Below, in pieces: positions 12,421 through 27,289 of a stretch of 64,000 nucleotides of DNA; position 1 is the first letter of the stretch; each line of letters starts with the position of its first letter. The notes beneath the pieces were generated by a model, which was given only the letters and a program-made list of their open reading frames with translations, was not told where the DNA came from and ran no database searches. Both the position numbers and the translations under genes were made by a program. Origin of the DNA: the human T2T-CHM13v2.0 reference genome, Homo sapiens; NCBI RefSeq assembly GCF_009914755.1, contig NC_060938.1; one strand, given 5' to 3'.

Positions 12421-13021
12421 TGCATTCTTTCACCCTCCTGGTTGCGTCCCTCCTCGGGCTGCAGTTTGTCTTTAACCTTCAGTTTGTGTGGCTACTTTCT
12501 GCTTAGGAGAAATTGTCAGGCTTTCCCTTATTTCACTAGGAAATATCCAGGCCTGTTTATTTTTCACTTTAAACACAATTTGAATAAGCCTATTACTTTC
12601 AGTTCCTTTGAAAACTGGAAGCTTCAAGTTAGAAAGTGGGAGGAACGATGGCTAATGGCTGGCATGTGGAGACACAGATCATGCACAGTTTGACAACGAA
12701 GAAGGGTAGAAAAAACCCAGATTATAGCTTAAGGCCAGTGAGTGTGGGGGCAAACAGCTCTGCATGGCTTCAAAGCCTTTGGCACCTTGATTGTGTGGTT
12801 CTATCTGTAGGGTTGTCTTGCTGGGTAACAAAATCATTCCTCTATCTCTTTCCGCTCTGCTAGACTGTGTGTCTTCTCCTGTGGGTGGGAACATGGTACA
12901 TTTTCCACTGATATCCAGTGTTCTATGTACTCTTATACATGTGAATTATGTACTCCTTACCAGCTTCCTAGGAAGACAAAATAAGCAAAATATGATTGGA
13001 TGTTTCAGGGAACCTTAGCAT

Positions 13022-13227
13022 TAGGGCTGCCAGATAAAATACAGGGCACCTAGTTAAATTCGAATTTCAGATAAACAATGAATTGGCGTGTGTGTGTGTG
13101 TGTGCGTGTGTGTGTGTTCCAAACAGTACATGGGACACACTTATACTAAACAATATATTCCTTGCTTTTCTAAAATTCAGAGTAACTAGTCATTGTGTAT
13201 TTTTATTTGGTAAATCTGACCAACCTA
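13022..13227. mobile_element. MER53 palindromic hAT MITE containing a (TG)n microsatellite
   Basis: TAGGGCTGCCAGATAAAATACAGG..GTTAAATTCGAATTTCAGATAAAC left arm; ..GTATTTTTATTTGGTAAATCTGACCAACCTA right arm; (TG)n at ~13088-13117. Confidence 0.85.
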
Positions 13228-13651
13228 CTTGGAATACATGAGTGTCAGGAGAAGGCCCTGCAGTTGGTGGGGTAGAATTGATTTAAATGAAACAGCCTGG
13301 GCACAGTGGTGGAAATATTTGTTGATCCGATTTTGCTCTTGAGTGTGGGACTTCTGATGCTCTTCTGAAGCAAGAGGAAATCAATTTCTTTTCATGGCTG
13401 CTAATAAGCTAGCTCAATACAGCAGCCCTGAGAAAAACCCTGGCTAGAGTTTTAAGAGTCCTAGGAATGACATGAGGTTTATGTTTCCTTATCTCCTTGG
13501 CTCATTCCTTGCCTGTTTAGAGAAGCTTTTTAGAGTATATGTCTTCTGTCTGTTTATACATTGGAACCTAGAGTTAGAGTGGAAATGCTCAAGTTCACTA
13601 CAGAGTCATGAATAAGATCCTGATCATGTGGGTATAATGAGCTTCCTAAAC

Positions 13652-13836
13652 CAGTGGTTCTCAAAGTATGGTCACTAGACCAGCAGCATCATTATCACCA
13701 AGGAACTTTGAAGATGTGCAGATTTGATCCCCAGCAAAGACCCCTTGAATCAGTAAGTCTAGGCGTGGGGCCCAGCAGGCTGTCATTAACAAGCCCTGGG
13801 CGTGATTCTGATGCTCCTAAAGTTTGAGAACCACTG
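13652..13836. mobile_element. MER5A (hAT-Charlie)
   Basis: 14-bp perfect terminal inverted repeats CAGTGGTTCTCAAA / TTTGAGAACCACTG; 185 bp. Confidence 0.9.
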
Positions 13837-13844
13837 CTATAAAT

Positions 13845-14084
13845 TAGGGGTCTGTAAACTTTTTCTGGAGCAGATGGTAAATATTTTAGGCTTTGTGGGG
13901 TATAGGGTCTCTGTTGCAAATACTAAACTCTGCCACTATAGTGCAAAAGCAGCCACAGTTAATATGTAAAAGAAAAGAATGGGCATAGCTAAGTTATAAA
14001 GTAAATAAAGCCTTATATTTACAAAAATGGGGAGCTGGGCCAGATTTGTGCACCCATTTCCCCACAGTAGTTTGCAGACCCCTG
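13845..14084. mobile_element. MER58A (hAT-Charlie)
   Basis: AGGGGTCTGTAAACT...AGTTTGCAGACCCCTG termini; GTAAATATTTTAGGCTTTGTGGG internal. Confidence 0.85.
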
Positions 14085-14208
14085 AAAAAACTAAAAGGCA
14101 TCTTCAGAGTAGTCAGACTTGCTTGTTACTTGCCTCGTCTATTTAGTGATACATTCAAAATGCTCCTTAACACCCACACGATCAGAAGTGGGAGACACCA
14201 GTAGGAAG

Positions 14209-14237
14209 GAAACAAACAAACAAACAAACAAACAAAC
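14209..14237. repeat. (AAAC)n microsatellite
   Basis: Direct reading. Confidence 0.9.
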
Positions 14238-14480
14238 ACAAAGCTGCCTAGGTCTGGTGAAGTAGCCATTATCATGCGAGAAGATGCCCAGTGACCAGAG
14301 ATATCTGTCCCTCTCTAAGTCTTACCTGGTTTCCAACTGTAATGCTTATTAATGAGACCTTTCTGACTGTTCTCACTAGAAATTTGTTCTTACTTATCCC
14401 AAGTGCTGCCTGACAGTTCTGTTCTCTTCCTCTAGTCCATTCATGCTTCTGGTGTGCTGGAAGACTAGTTTACGTATTCT

Positions 14481-16612
<2,132 letters not shown>

Positions 16613-17654
16613 ATTCTCATTTCTCAGACTGACCATGCATTATAATACGGTGGTGGTTTTCATACTTTTAAACAGCAGGACAACTCTTTTTCCAAACAAA
16701 TTCAGAAGGAGCCTCAATTTGTAGGACAGATAATGATATTTGATCAGCTTGAATGTATCTCATTTCATCTTGTTTTTGTTGTGTTTTTGCAAAGTGTGAG
16801 AAAATCCTGATTTACATCGCAAATGGTAACAGCTCACTTTGCAATAGCAGAATGTTCTTCAGTTAAACAGGGCTGGAACTTTGAAGGAAGGGTAGTAAGA
16901 TAATTTTATTTCAAAGTGGAACATTCAGGGGTTCTTAGACAGTTGGCCCAAACACCTCGCTGACAATGCTCACGGAGCCTGTGTGCCTGAGCCCTGCCCA
17001 GCGTTTGCCTATAGTGCACATGGGCCATTGTGGTGAACTTTACTTGCTTCTAGAATTTCACGTGGACAGACATGTGTAGCTTGCATTAAAAGAAAACAAA
17101 ACAAAACACGTAGAGGTACAGCTTCTTAATCAATGAATGACACATTTAGAAAACATTTAAATAAACATACAGTGTGATGGCCTGGGAGAAGCTTTGTTAG
17201 TAAGTGTTGTGTAAATACCTTGAGAACACAAGACAGTGTGTGTGCTGGCGGTCTTCAGCGGGTTACACTTCGGATGGTAACACATCGGTTGTTCATTTAA
17301 CAATAGTTTTAAAAATAGTCATGCTGTTCTTTTCCTCTTTCTTCACCTTCTTTTCAAAAATGGCAAACATTGTTTTTCAGGTTTCTATATGAACAAAATC
17401 TGCTGAGGGGCTTGCAGCAGGCCAGTGATCTTTGGTGTCTTTCCAAAGGGCCTTTAGGGATGATTCCAAAGACAGTTTCTAGTCACATAGTGGACACACC
17501 ATTAATGAATGTTGGATGCTGAGTGAACACAGCAGCAGGCAGAATGGGAGGCAACACACAGTGTCCTCTTTGGAAAAAAATACAACCTGCTTCACCTCCC
17601 TTCCTGCCTCTAGTAATGTGGTCCCCAGCTCTCCATCCCTGGCCTTATTAAGGT

Positions 17655-17862
17655 CTAATTAACAAAAATGTATATATGCAGTGATCTATATACACATCGT
17701 GAAATGCTTAAATCAAGCTAATTAACATATCTATCATCTCACATGCTATCATCTTTTTATGGTGAGAATACTTAACATCTACTCTCTTAGTAACTTTCAA
17801 GTATACAAGACATTATAATTAACTAGAGTTGCTGTGCTGTGTAATAGGTTCCCAGAACTTAC
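17655..17862 (-). mobile_element. L1MA 3' end fragment
   Basis: ATCAAGCTAATTAACATATCTATCATCTCACAT..GTGAGAATACTTAACATCTACTCTCTTAG. Confidence 0.8.
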
Positions 17863-17880
17863 CCTATATATATATATATA

Positions 17881-18410
<530 letters not shown>

Positions 18411-20189
18411 TATTCTGAGAGGTAACACTTTTCATAGCTGCCCAGCTGCCACAGAATATTGAGCCAAGAACAAAGCTTCTCTGTCCCTTCTGACTTGTAG
18501 TGTCCTGAAGTGCTTCAGGTAGTCCTCACAAGATCACATACAACCCAGGCAAATGGTGCAGGCAGAAGGAAATAGCCTCTTTCTATTTATGTGGGTAATG
18601 GAGAAGTGGTGATCGTGGGTTTTTTTGTTTGTTTGTTTGTTTGTTTTTGATTCCTGCTTCTCCGGAGTTTTAGCTGTGTGTATTCTTTGCTGCTGTCTCT
18701 GAGAATGCACACACTTGAGGTGGGTTTGTTGAGAAGTTCTGACTTAGGGTTACTTTTTGCAGAAGAGGGTAGAGTCTTCTTTCCCATGTGGTTGGTATTT
18801 CACATTGGGAATTCCTGTTGCTGCCTTATATAGCCAGGTCAAGCCCATAAAAGAGCTACATCAAGCAACCCTCTCATATTCTGGGACAGAGAGCATGCTC
18901 AGAAACTCAGGTATTCCCCCATGGAGATGAAAAATAAAGCCCTGGGCCGCTCTCACAGCCCCTTTCCCTCGATTTAGACTCTACCTTTCCAGCCCTGTGT
19001 CTTGTTCAGCCTGTGTTGCAGCCAAGGGGGAAGTTACTCTATTTCCCACATACACCCTGAACCTTTTCACTTCTGTACTTAAAAAATAATAGTTATAATT
19101 TAACCACTTCAATTATCACTACTAATATTTACCAAGACCTAGAATGTAGCAGGCACATGTAATATCGTAACACATCTGTGATGATTTTACAAGTTATGGA
19201 CCTGCAGAAGAAATGGAGGTATTAAACTTGACAAAACCCATAATTGGTAGCCTTGTGAATGTGAAGCTGGGCCTCAAGCTTGGCCCAGTGGGACTCAGAT
19301 CTCATGCTGTCAACTCACAATCATCAAAGCGGCAATGGGAGTTGGGTGGGCCTAAGATCTACAGGGAATCCTGCCTCATTCACTCTCCTGGCTGTGATGA
19401 AATCAGTGGAAACCTTCCAGAGGTAGACTTTTCAAAAAATGTATTTTAACTCTACAATTAGCCAACATAATTTTGGATAACTTATATTGGGTAAAGATTA
19501 TCCAATATGAAATTAATACAACCATCTGGACTAAATCATCCTATGAACACAAATACCCCCCCCCCCCTTTCTCCCCTGGAGTAGGGATAAAAGGCACATA
19601 CATTGCATCTTAACATGGAGGTAAGTGCCTGCCATCATCCATTAGTCTCCTGGGAGGCATGGATGCATGCTCTCTCTCCTTGGCAGTTGCCTAGGCTGTT
19701 GCTATGGACTGGATTTAGTAAAGGGATGTCTTCAGAGCAAGGCCCAGAGCCTCTATCAGGAACTGGATCTTCAGACAGAAGGACAGCATGTGCCCCTGCA
19801 CTCGGGACAAAAGCCAATGAAGCCCAAAAGCTTAGAGCCCCTTCTATTTGGCAGTAGAAAACTCCTTCTGTGATCTCTAGGTCTTTGCTATGGCTGACCT
19901 TGTAAGAATGAGTGAACCCCAAAATGTGATCCTAGATATGATTAGAGCCAGTGCTGGATGTATTACTGCCGTTTACCTCTGTAGGTTTTATGGACATGTA
20001 AATTAGGCAGTGCAGATGAGATGTGGGGCTCTTCCTGGCAGCAGACAGCCCTCATATTATTATTAAGGGGCTATTGCTAGAACTAGGACGTAGAATCATA
20101 ATTTATGTGCTCATACATCTCAACAGGTTCCTGTCATATTCAAATGGCTCTGTCCTCCCCAATTGTCATGGTTCTGTCCTCCCATCCCA

Positions 20190-20540
20190 ATGCAAACATT
20201 CCTTCAGCACACTTATTTTGAGCTTCTGTTCTGTGCCAGACACAGCGCCAGGTAAGGATACAACGACAACTGCAAAAACAGTTGCTGCCATCATGGAGTT
20301 TACCGTCTGGTGGGGGGGAGGCAATAAAATAATCATGCAAATAAAATAAAACTTTACGTGGGATAAGAGCTACAAAGGAGATCTGCTTTGCCTGGGGCTT
20401 TGTCTGGAAGGTCAGAGAGGGCTGGCTTGAGGATTCCATGCCTGAGGTATGGTCTGGAGGAAGAGGACTTGCCCAGTGAAGAGGGAGGGAGGCGTTCTAG
20501 GCAGAGGGCACAGCACAGTGAAAGGCCTGGTGGCTGGAGG
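20190..20540 (-). mobile_element. L2 fragment
   Basis: TTCTGTGCCAGACAC..TGCCATCATGGAGTTTAC..TTCTAGGCAGAGGGCACAGCAC..AAAGGCCTGG. Confidence 0.7.
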
Positions 20541-21739
20541 TGAAATTCTTCTCATTGTTTAAACTAGTTCACAGTAACTGTAAGATGGGGAACCCTGCTC
20601 TGTGCTCCTTAGTCCTGGATTTCTTAGGGTGCAAAAACTGCCTGGTCCCTCACTCCATTCCTTGTGGGTGAGGACCCATAGTTGGTCGCCCAAAGCCCAT
20701 GGTCCTCCTGGGTGTCCTGAGAGCTTCTCAGAGCACCTGGGCCGCGAACCTTCTCTCGCACAGACTTCCCGCTGCAGGGCTGGCCAGATGCCTCCTGAGC
20801 ATCGCCTCGGCTGTGACTCACAGCCCAGGGAGGCCATGGTCAGAGTGAGCTAGACTCCACAGCCCCCAGCGCCGCAGACTTCTGCCTTGGTCATTACATC
20901 ATGGGCAAGATCTTGCAGGCTGGTGGAGAGACAGAGTGCCTGGGGAGGGCCTGACCAACCCCTTATGTCTCACGCAGTAGGCCTGGACCTTCCCAGGGGA
21001 GGCTGTTAGGACATGAGGCTCACAGACTGCACTGGTTTTCATTTCCACTGACTCACTATAAAATTGAATGTTGAGTTCTTCCCTATTCTGGGCCAAGTTT
21101 TTCAGCAGGGCAGAAGGGGACATCAATTCATTCAACAAACAGTTGTTGTACATCCCTGATGTGTCACATGCTGAGTCCTGGGGCTCTGGGTCCTGGGGCC
21201 TCACAGGTGAGTAGACTAGTCTGCAAGAGGCGTGAAAGAAATGCCTGGTCTGTGTGGGGTTTTGTATTCTGGGGAGGGTGAGGGCTGACATAAACCTTAG
21301 GAGAATCTTATGAGTCTTCCATTTTTTAACATAAGAGCATTCCCAGGGCCTGGGCTGGGCCCTAACTTGGGTGGTTTCACTGCATCGTTCAGCTGGAGAA
21401 CAAACCAATGCTTCTTATGTGTTCCTTTCCTTTTATAAAATGGCTCAGAGGGTCTGGAAGTAACTGGTGTTTTGCAATGGGAACCAGAAACAGCAGGTTA
21501 GGAATCAAGATGGAGAAAGGTACCCGAGGGAAGGGGCCCCCTTTCCACCCCTGGACCCCTGAAGTGCTCTGGATGAATTGGGCTGGCTGTGATTTTGGGG
21601 TGCCTCACCTGGGTGAACTGCTCCTGCCTGCCCAACCTCCTCCCTTTCCGGGATCCAGCCATCTGTTGAGAATCAGGCAGTGCCCCAGGTCAGAGTGAGT
21701 GGGCTTCAGACTCCATTAGCTCACTGAAGAGGCAGCTCA

Positions 21740-21955
21740 GCGGTCATGATACAGAGCTCGGGCTTCAAAGTAGGACTGCCTGGGTTTTGGCTGTGCCATG
21801 CTGGGCTAGTAATGCAACCTCTGGAGCTTTCTCATTGGTAAAATAAAAGTGCAAATACTGCAGGCTGGGAGGATACACTGAAAAATGCACTTAATGTTCT
21901 TAGCACAGTGCCTGGCATAAAGTCAGCAAGCCCAATAAACAGTGGTGATGTTGTT
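21740..21955 (+). mobile_element. MIR
   Basis: GACTGCCTGGGTT..CTCATTGGTAAAAT..CTTAGCACAGTGCCTGGCATA..CAATAAA. Confidence 0.65.
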
Positions 21956-22169
21956 ATCTGCTTTTTTTGCCTCTCTTCATCATGCTTCAGGCGTAAAGGT
22001 CTTGTGCATTATTAAATGCTTGGGCACAGTACGTGCTGCTGCTTGAAGTGTTGGAGTGTGGCCCAAGGCTAGCTGAACTCTTTCTGCTACAAGAACTGGC
22101 TTTCCTGGGGAAAGTCGTGGATCAGGTTGACCTTGACTATTGCTGTCCGGTGTAATGTGTCCTCTTTGC

Positions 22170-22348
22170 CTTGGGTGCTCAAAATGTGGGCCACTGGCCA
22201 GCATCGTTGGCATCACATAGAAATGCAGCCTCCAGCATCCTTCTTAGACATGCAGCACCCTGGGCCCCCTCCAGACCTAGTGAATGATAACCTGTATGCT
22301 GCCAAGATCTCTAGGTGATCATATGCACCCAAACTTTGAGAAGTGCCT
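22170..22348. mobile_element. MER5-family fragment
   Basis: GTGCTCAAAATGTGG..AGAAATGCAG..CCAGACCT..AGGTGATCATATGCAC..TTTGAGAAG. Confidence 0.6.
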
Positions 22349-22444
22349 CGACATTGTATCAGCTTATGGGGACAGAGCCCTAGTGTTGGGTGTGTATGGT
22401 GTGTGTGTGTGGTGTGTGTGTAGGGAAAAGGAGGGGAAGGATGA

Positions 22445-22944
<500 letters not shown>

Positions 22945-23359
22945 TGAATACATATTTGAGTAAATGCAGCAAAATTTTTTAAATTATTTAATTATTTCTA
23001 CGTAAATGTGAGTTCCCTTTCATTGATTCTGAAACCCAGGCACACATAGGAATTGGGGTGGTGGGAGCACAGGGGGTAATAGCATGGACCAGAAGGAAAG
23101 AGAGACCTGTTTCGTTCCCTTTATCTCACTGGATTTTTCTTCTCAATCTCCTCTACTGCCTTGTCCTGCTCTGTTCTCTCTCAGTGCGGGACAACCCCAT
23201 GCCTTCATCCTGGATCCTCTGTTGCCAGCTGTGCTCTTTCCCCAGATAATTTCATCGAGTCCCTTGGCTTTAGATCCATACCCTGGTGACTCTTACTGTA
23301 TCTCTAGCCCTTACTCTAGACTCCTATGACCTGCTGTCGATTTGACATCTTCATTTAGC

Positions 23360-23704
23360 TGTGGTCTCAGTTGGGTTTTCTAGCTGCAGACAGTACCCAA
23401 GGCAGGGATATACCTATCCTGCCCTTTCTCCTGAGAGCACGCCCTCAATCAATCCTACGTAGGAGGGAGGCAGAATAGGGCAGGAGAAGAGGCTAAGTAA
23501 AGATGTGGTGCCTGGCAATGTCCTGCCTTGGCCTGAGCCACTGGTGGGGTGGGCAGTTGGCAGTGTAACCTCCCTAGGGTCCCCTGGTCGGGCTGCCTTC
23601 ACCAAGGCAGTTCTCTAGAGAGAAGATTCACAGTACTTTCAGCAACTGAACTGCACCAACCAGAAAAAGGGGATCTCAGTGGAATGTCAACAGCATCCGC
23701 TACA
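23360..23704 (-). mobile_element. LTR16-family (ERVL) solo LTR inserted in L2
   Basis: Ends GGGATCTCAGTGGAATGTCAACAGCATCCGCTACA, the reverse of the LTR16 5' end TGTAGCGGA.; TG...CA termini. Confidence 0.65.
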
Positions 23705-24269
23705 GATATCCAAGAAGCCTCTAGAATTTAATATGCCTCTGGTTGCTCTTCCCTCACAAACTGAGTCCTCCCACAGACTTTCCTGTCTCAGCAAATGGCA
23801 ACTCCGCATCACCCATGCACTCAGGCCCCAGCCTAGAGATCACTCTTGGTCCTTCCTTCCCTCAGCTCCTGCATCTGGTCCATCGGCAGATCCTGTTGAC
23901 CTCACCTCCCAAATGCATTGGCTGCATGCACACTGTCTGCACTGCTGTCTCTCCAGAAAGCTAATTAACATATGCGTGACCTCATATACTTGTCATTTTT
24001 TGTGGTGAGAACATTTACAATCTACTCAGCCCTGGAAATCAGTGGTCTATACTTCCCATTCCTTTTGTGATCCTTCTTCACACAGCAGCTGGGTTGAACC
24101 TCTTTAGAAGTGGATATCGAATCCCACATTCCGTAATGGGAAACCCTCCAGTGCCCTCTTATGGCACCCGGGAATAAAATTCAGACTCCTCACCATGGCC
24201 TGGGTGGAATCCTACATGATCTGACCTCTGCCTCTCTCCCCTCCCCCACATTCTTCTGCCTGTCTTGTA

Positions 24270-24796
24270 CAGGGGAGGTAGAGGAGTTAGGGAGGTAGGG
24301 GAGGTAGGGGAGCTAGGGAAGGTAAGGGAGAGGGGAGGTAAGGGAGCTAGGGGAGGTAGGAGAGGTAGGGGAGGAGGAGAGGTAGGGGAAGTAGGGGAGG
24401 TAAGGGAGGTAGGGGAGGTAGGGGAGCTAGGGGAGGCAGGGGAGCTAGGGGAGCTAGGGGAGGTAGGAGAGGTAGGGGAGGAGGAGAGGTAGGGGAAGTA
24501 GGGGAGGTAAGGGAGGTAGGGGAGGTAGGGGAGCTAGGGGAGGTAGAGGAGGAGGAGAGGTAGGGGAGGTAGGGGAGGTAGGGGAGGTAGGGGAGCTGGG
24601 GGGAGAGGAGCTAGAGAAGGAGGGGAGGTAGGGGAGGAGTGAGAGTAGGGGAGCTAGGAGAGGTAGAGGAGGTAGGGGAGCTGGGTGGGAGGGGAGCTAG
24701 AGGAGGAGGGATGGTAAGGGAGGAGGGGAAGCAGGGGAGGAGGGGAGGTAGGGGAGGAAAAGAGGTAGGGGAGCTAGGGGAGGTAGGGGAGGTAAG
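24270..24796 (+). repeat. G-rich minisatellite, 9-bp unit AGGGGAGGT/AGGGGAGCT
   Basis: Direct reading; ~530 bp that is overwhelmingly purine on the + strand. Confidence 0.95.
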
Positions 24797-26254
24797 ATGT
24801 GACTCTCACATGTGTGTCCATCTTTTTTCCTTTAGTAGATTGGAGGGCTCTTGAGGGGAGGAACCATGATTGTCCCTAGATTTTGTGTGGGCAGCACCCA
24901 AGGTTGACATTCAAGTGTGTGCTCAAATGTCACCTCCTCCCCTAGAGTCTCTTTGCAATCACAGGATCCAGTCCCTTGCTGTGCTGTCACCCCATTTTAT
25001 TTTCTTCAGAGCACAGATTACCACCCGACATTGTTTTATCCATTTATGTGTGTGCTTGTCCCGACCCCCTTAAATGTAGAGCCCACGGGGCCGGGGCTTG
25101 TGTGTCTTACTCCCTGTGTCTCCGTCTCCGGCACTAAGAACAGTGCTGGGCACATAGTAGGTTCAAATATTTGTTGGCTGAAAGACTGAACACTGGAGGA
25201 AGCAAACAAAGAGATGTGAATCAGGGCTGCTGGCTCTCTGGAACCTGGAGGGGTTCACTGTAGACCAGGTAGTCTCCATCCAGCAAGTTCATTGTAGGTT
25301 AGAGGTTGTTCTTTTTCCAATTTTCTTATCAGAATGGGCAGAGCAGGAAATCAAACCCTGTTTCTTGCTTATATCTCAGACCACCACGAAAGACAGACAC
25401 ATCTGGAGAAGACTGCGCACACCCTGGAGAGGAGTCTTAGCTCTTCCTGCCCCCCACTCTCCCGCAGAGACTTACTCAGCTCCCCTCAGGAACTCTCTGT
25501 CACCGAGGCCCAAGGAGCTGGTTAATATCAGAAGCCATTTTTTTTTTTTTCAGTCTCCTGAATTGGCTCCTGACTTGGTATTACCAAAATCCTGACAAAG
25601 TCTGCGAGTTGCATGTCCAGGGAACAGACACAAATTATGTCCTCTCCTGGATGATGACTTTGTTTGAAGAACAAGAAGCAGGATTTTCCTGATTGGAGAT
25701 TCTGAGGGCAGTGATGAAGTTAAGCCACTCAGATCTCTGAATTGTGTTCCGATTTTGGCAAGTTTTGCAAGGAGAAGGCTCAATACCAGGGCCAATCAAT
25801 CAGCTGCCACCAGCTGGACTGGATTTTTGCATTTAATTTGGTACCAAGGGACCAGGGAGGAGTAAGCCTCTCTGGGTTCAAGCTTTGGGTTAGGCCATGG
25901 GGCGGGACAGACTGCCAGTCCCGTAAACTTTCAGAGCTGGGGAAGGAAAAGTGGAAAAATTAGTGTTTAAAGGGCCAGGCGGCAGATGCAGGAGAGGTTT
26001 GGATTCCTTCTCCTGCTAAAGCGCTTCTCTCTTGTGGCCTCAGGTCCTAGGGGCTCTGCAGAGGATCAAGTGGTCTTTTGTTCAGTGGCAGCAGAACCCC
26101 AGTTTCTGTCCTGTGGCCAGCTCCTCTGACCAATCCTGTCAAATTGCTGCGAAACCACGTTCCTTCCCTCACACTCTCTGCTCCTCACTGGGGCCCCATC
26201 AGGGATGAAGCTTGCTGGCTCCCTGTTGTAGCCAAATGGCACATAGGCTCCAAA

Positions 26255-26425
26255 GAGCCATAATTGGGTGTGGAATGGTGAAAAGTATGTTGGAGTCAGC
26301 AGACCTCATTGAAAGCCATGTTTTAGCACTTCTTTACATGGTGACCTTGAGGAAGTCACTTGACCTCTCTGAACCTCAGTTAATTTGCCCAGGATTGCTT
26401 ATAGGTTGCTGTGAAAACCTGGATG
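26255..26425 (+). mobile_element. MIR
   Basis: GTGACCTTGAGGAAGTCACTTGACCTCTCTGAACCTCAGT. Confidence 0.75.
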
Positions 26426-26454
26426 TGGTGATGATGATGATGATGACAACAATG

Positions 26455-26645
26455 GTTCACATTAACTGAGTACTCAACCCGTGCCAGGCCCAATTCTAAA
26501 TTCTTCATGTGTCTTCACTCGCACTTCACTTTGCTTAGAACATCCTTATGTGGTGGTTCCGTTATCATGCCATTTTACAGATGTGGGAACTGAGGCACAG
26601 AGAAGCTAAACAACATGCCCAAGGGCAAAAACTAGAGCTAAGGAT
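26455..26645 (-). mobile_element. MIR
   Basis: CCATTTTACAGATGTGGGAACTGAGGCACAGAGAAG. Confidence 0.8.
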
Positions 26646-26826
26646 TTATTGAGGTAACATGTGTAGAACATGCTTCATGTCGTGCTGACTGACTTCCAGT
26701 TGTTGCAGCATGCAAGGAGGCTTCAAAAAGTCTGGGCTTTGGGTTTGGTTTTGCAGGTCATCAACTTCTGAGCATTGGCTGTGTGTCTGTGCTGGGGCCT
26801 ACAAGTGCTGGACAGGAAAGGCTTTA

Positions 26827-27289
<463 letters not shown>

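Larger units (their letters stand above)
23230..25190 (+). mobile_element. Fragmented L2 hosting LTR16, an L1MA scrap (~23957-24030) and the G-rich minisatellite
   Basis: CTCAGCAAATGGCAACTCC, ACTCCTCACCATGGCCT, GCTCAAATGTCACCTCCTC, GGCACATAGTAGGTTCAAATATTTGTTG. Confidence 0.65.

Noticed and set aside
24265-24854. ORFs with collagen-like Gly-X-Y (GEV/GEL) repeats
   Set aside because: Simple translation of the 9-bp minisatellite; frames break, with no splice context or signal peptide.
26255-26645. Tail-to-tail inverted MIR pair around (GAT)n as a hairpin ncRNA
   Set aside because: The copies are too diverged from each other for a convincing long stem; such MIR arrangements are common.
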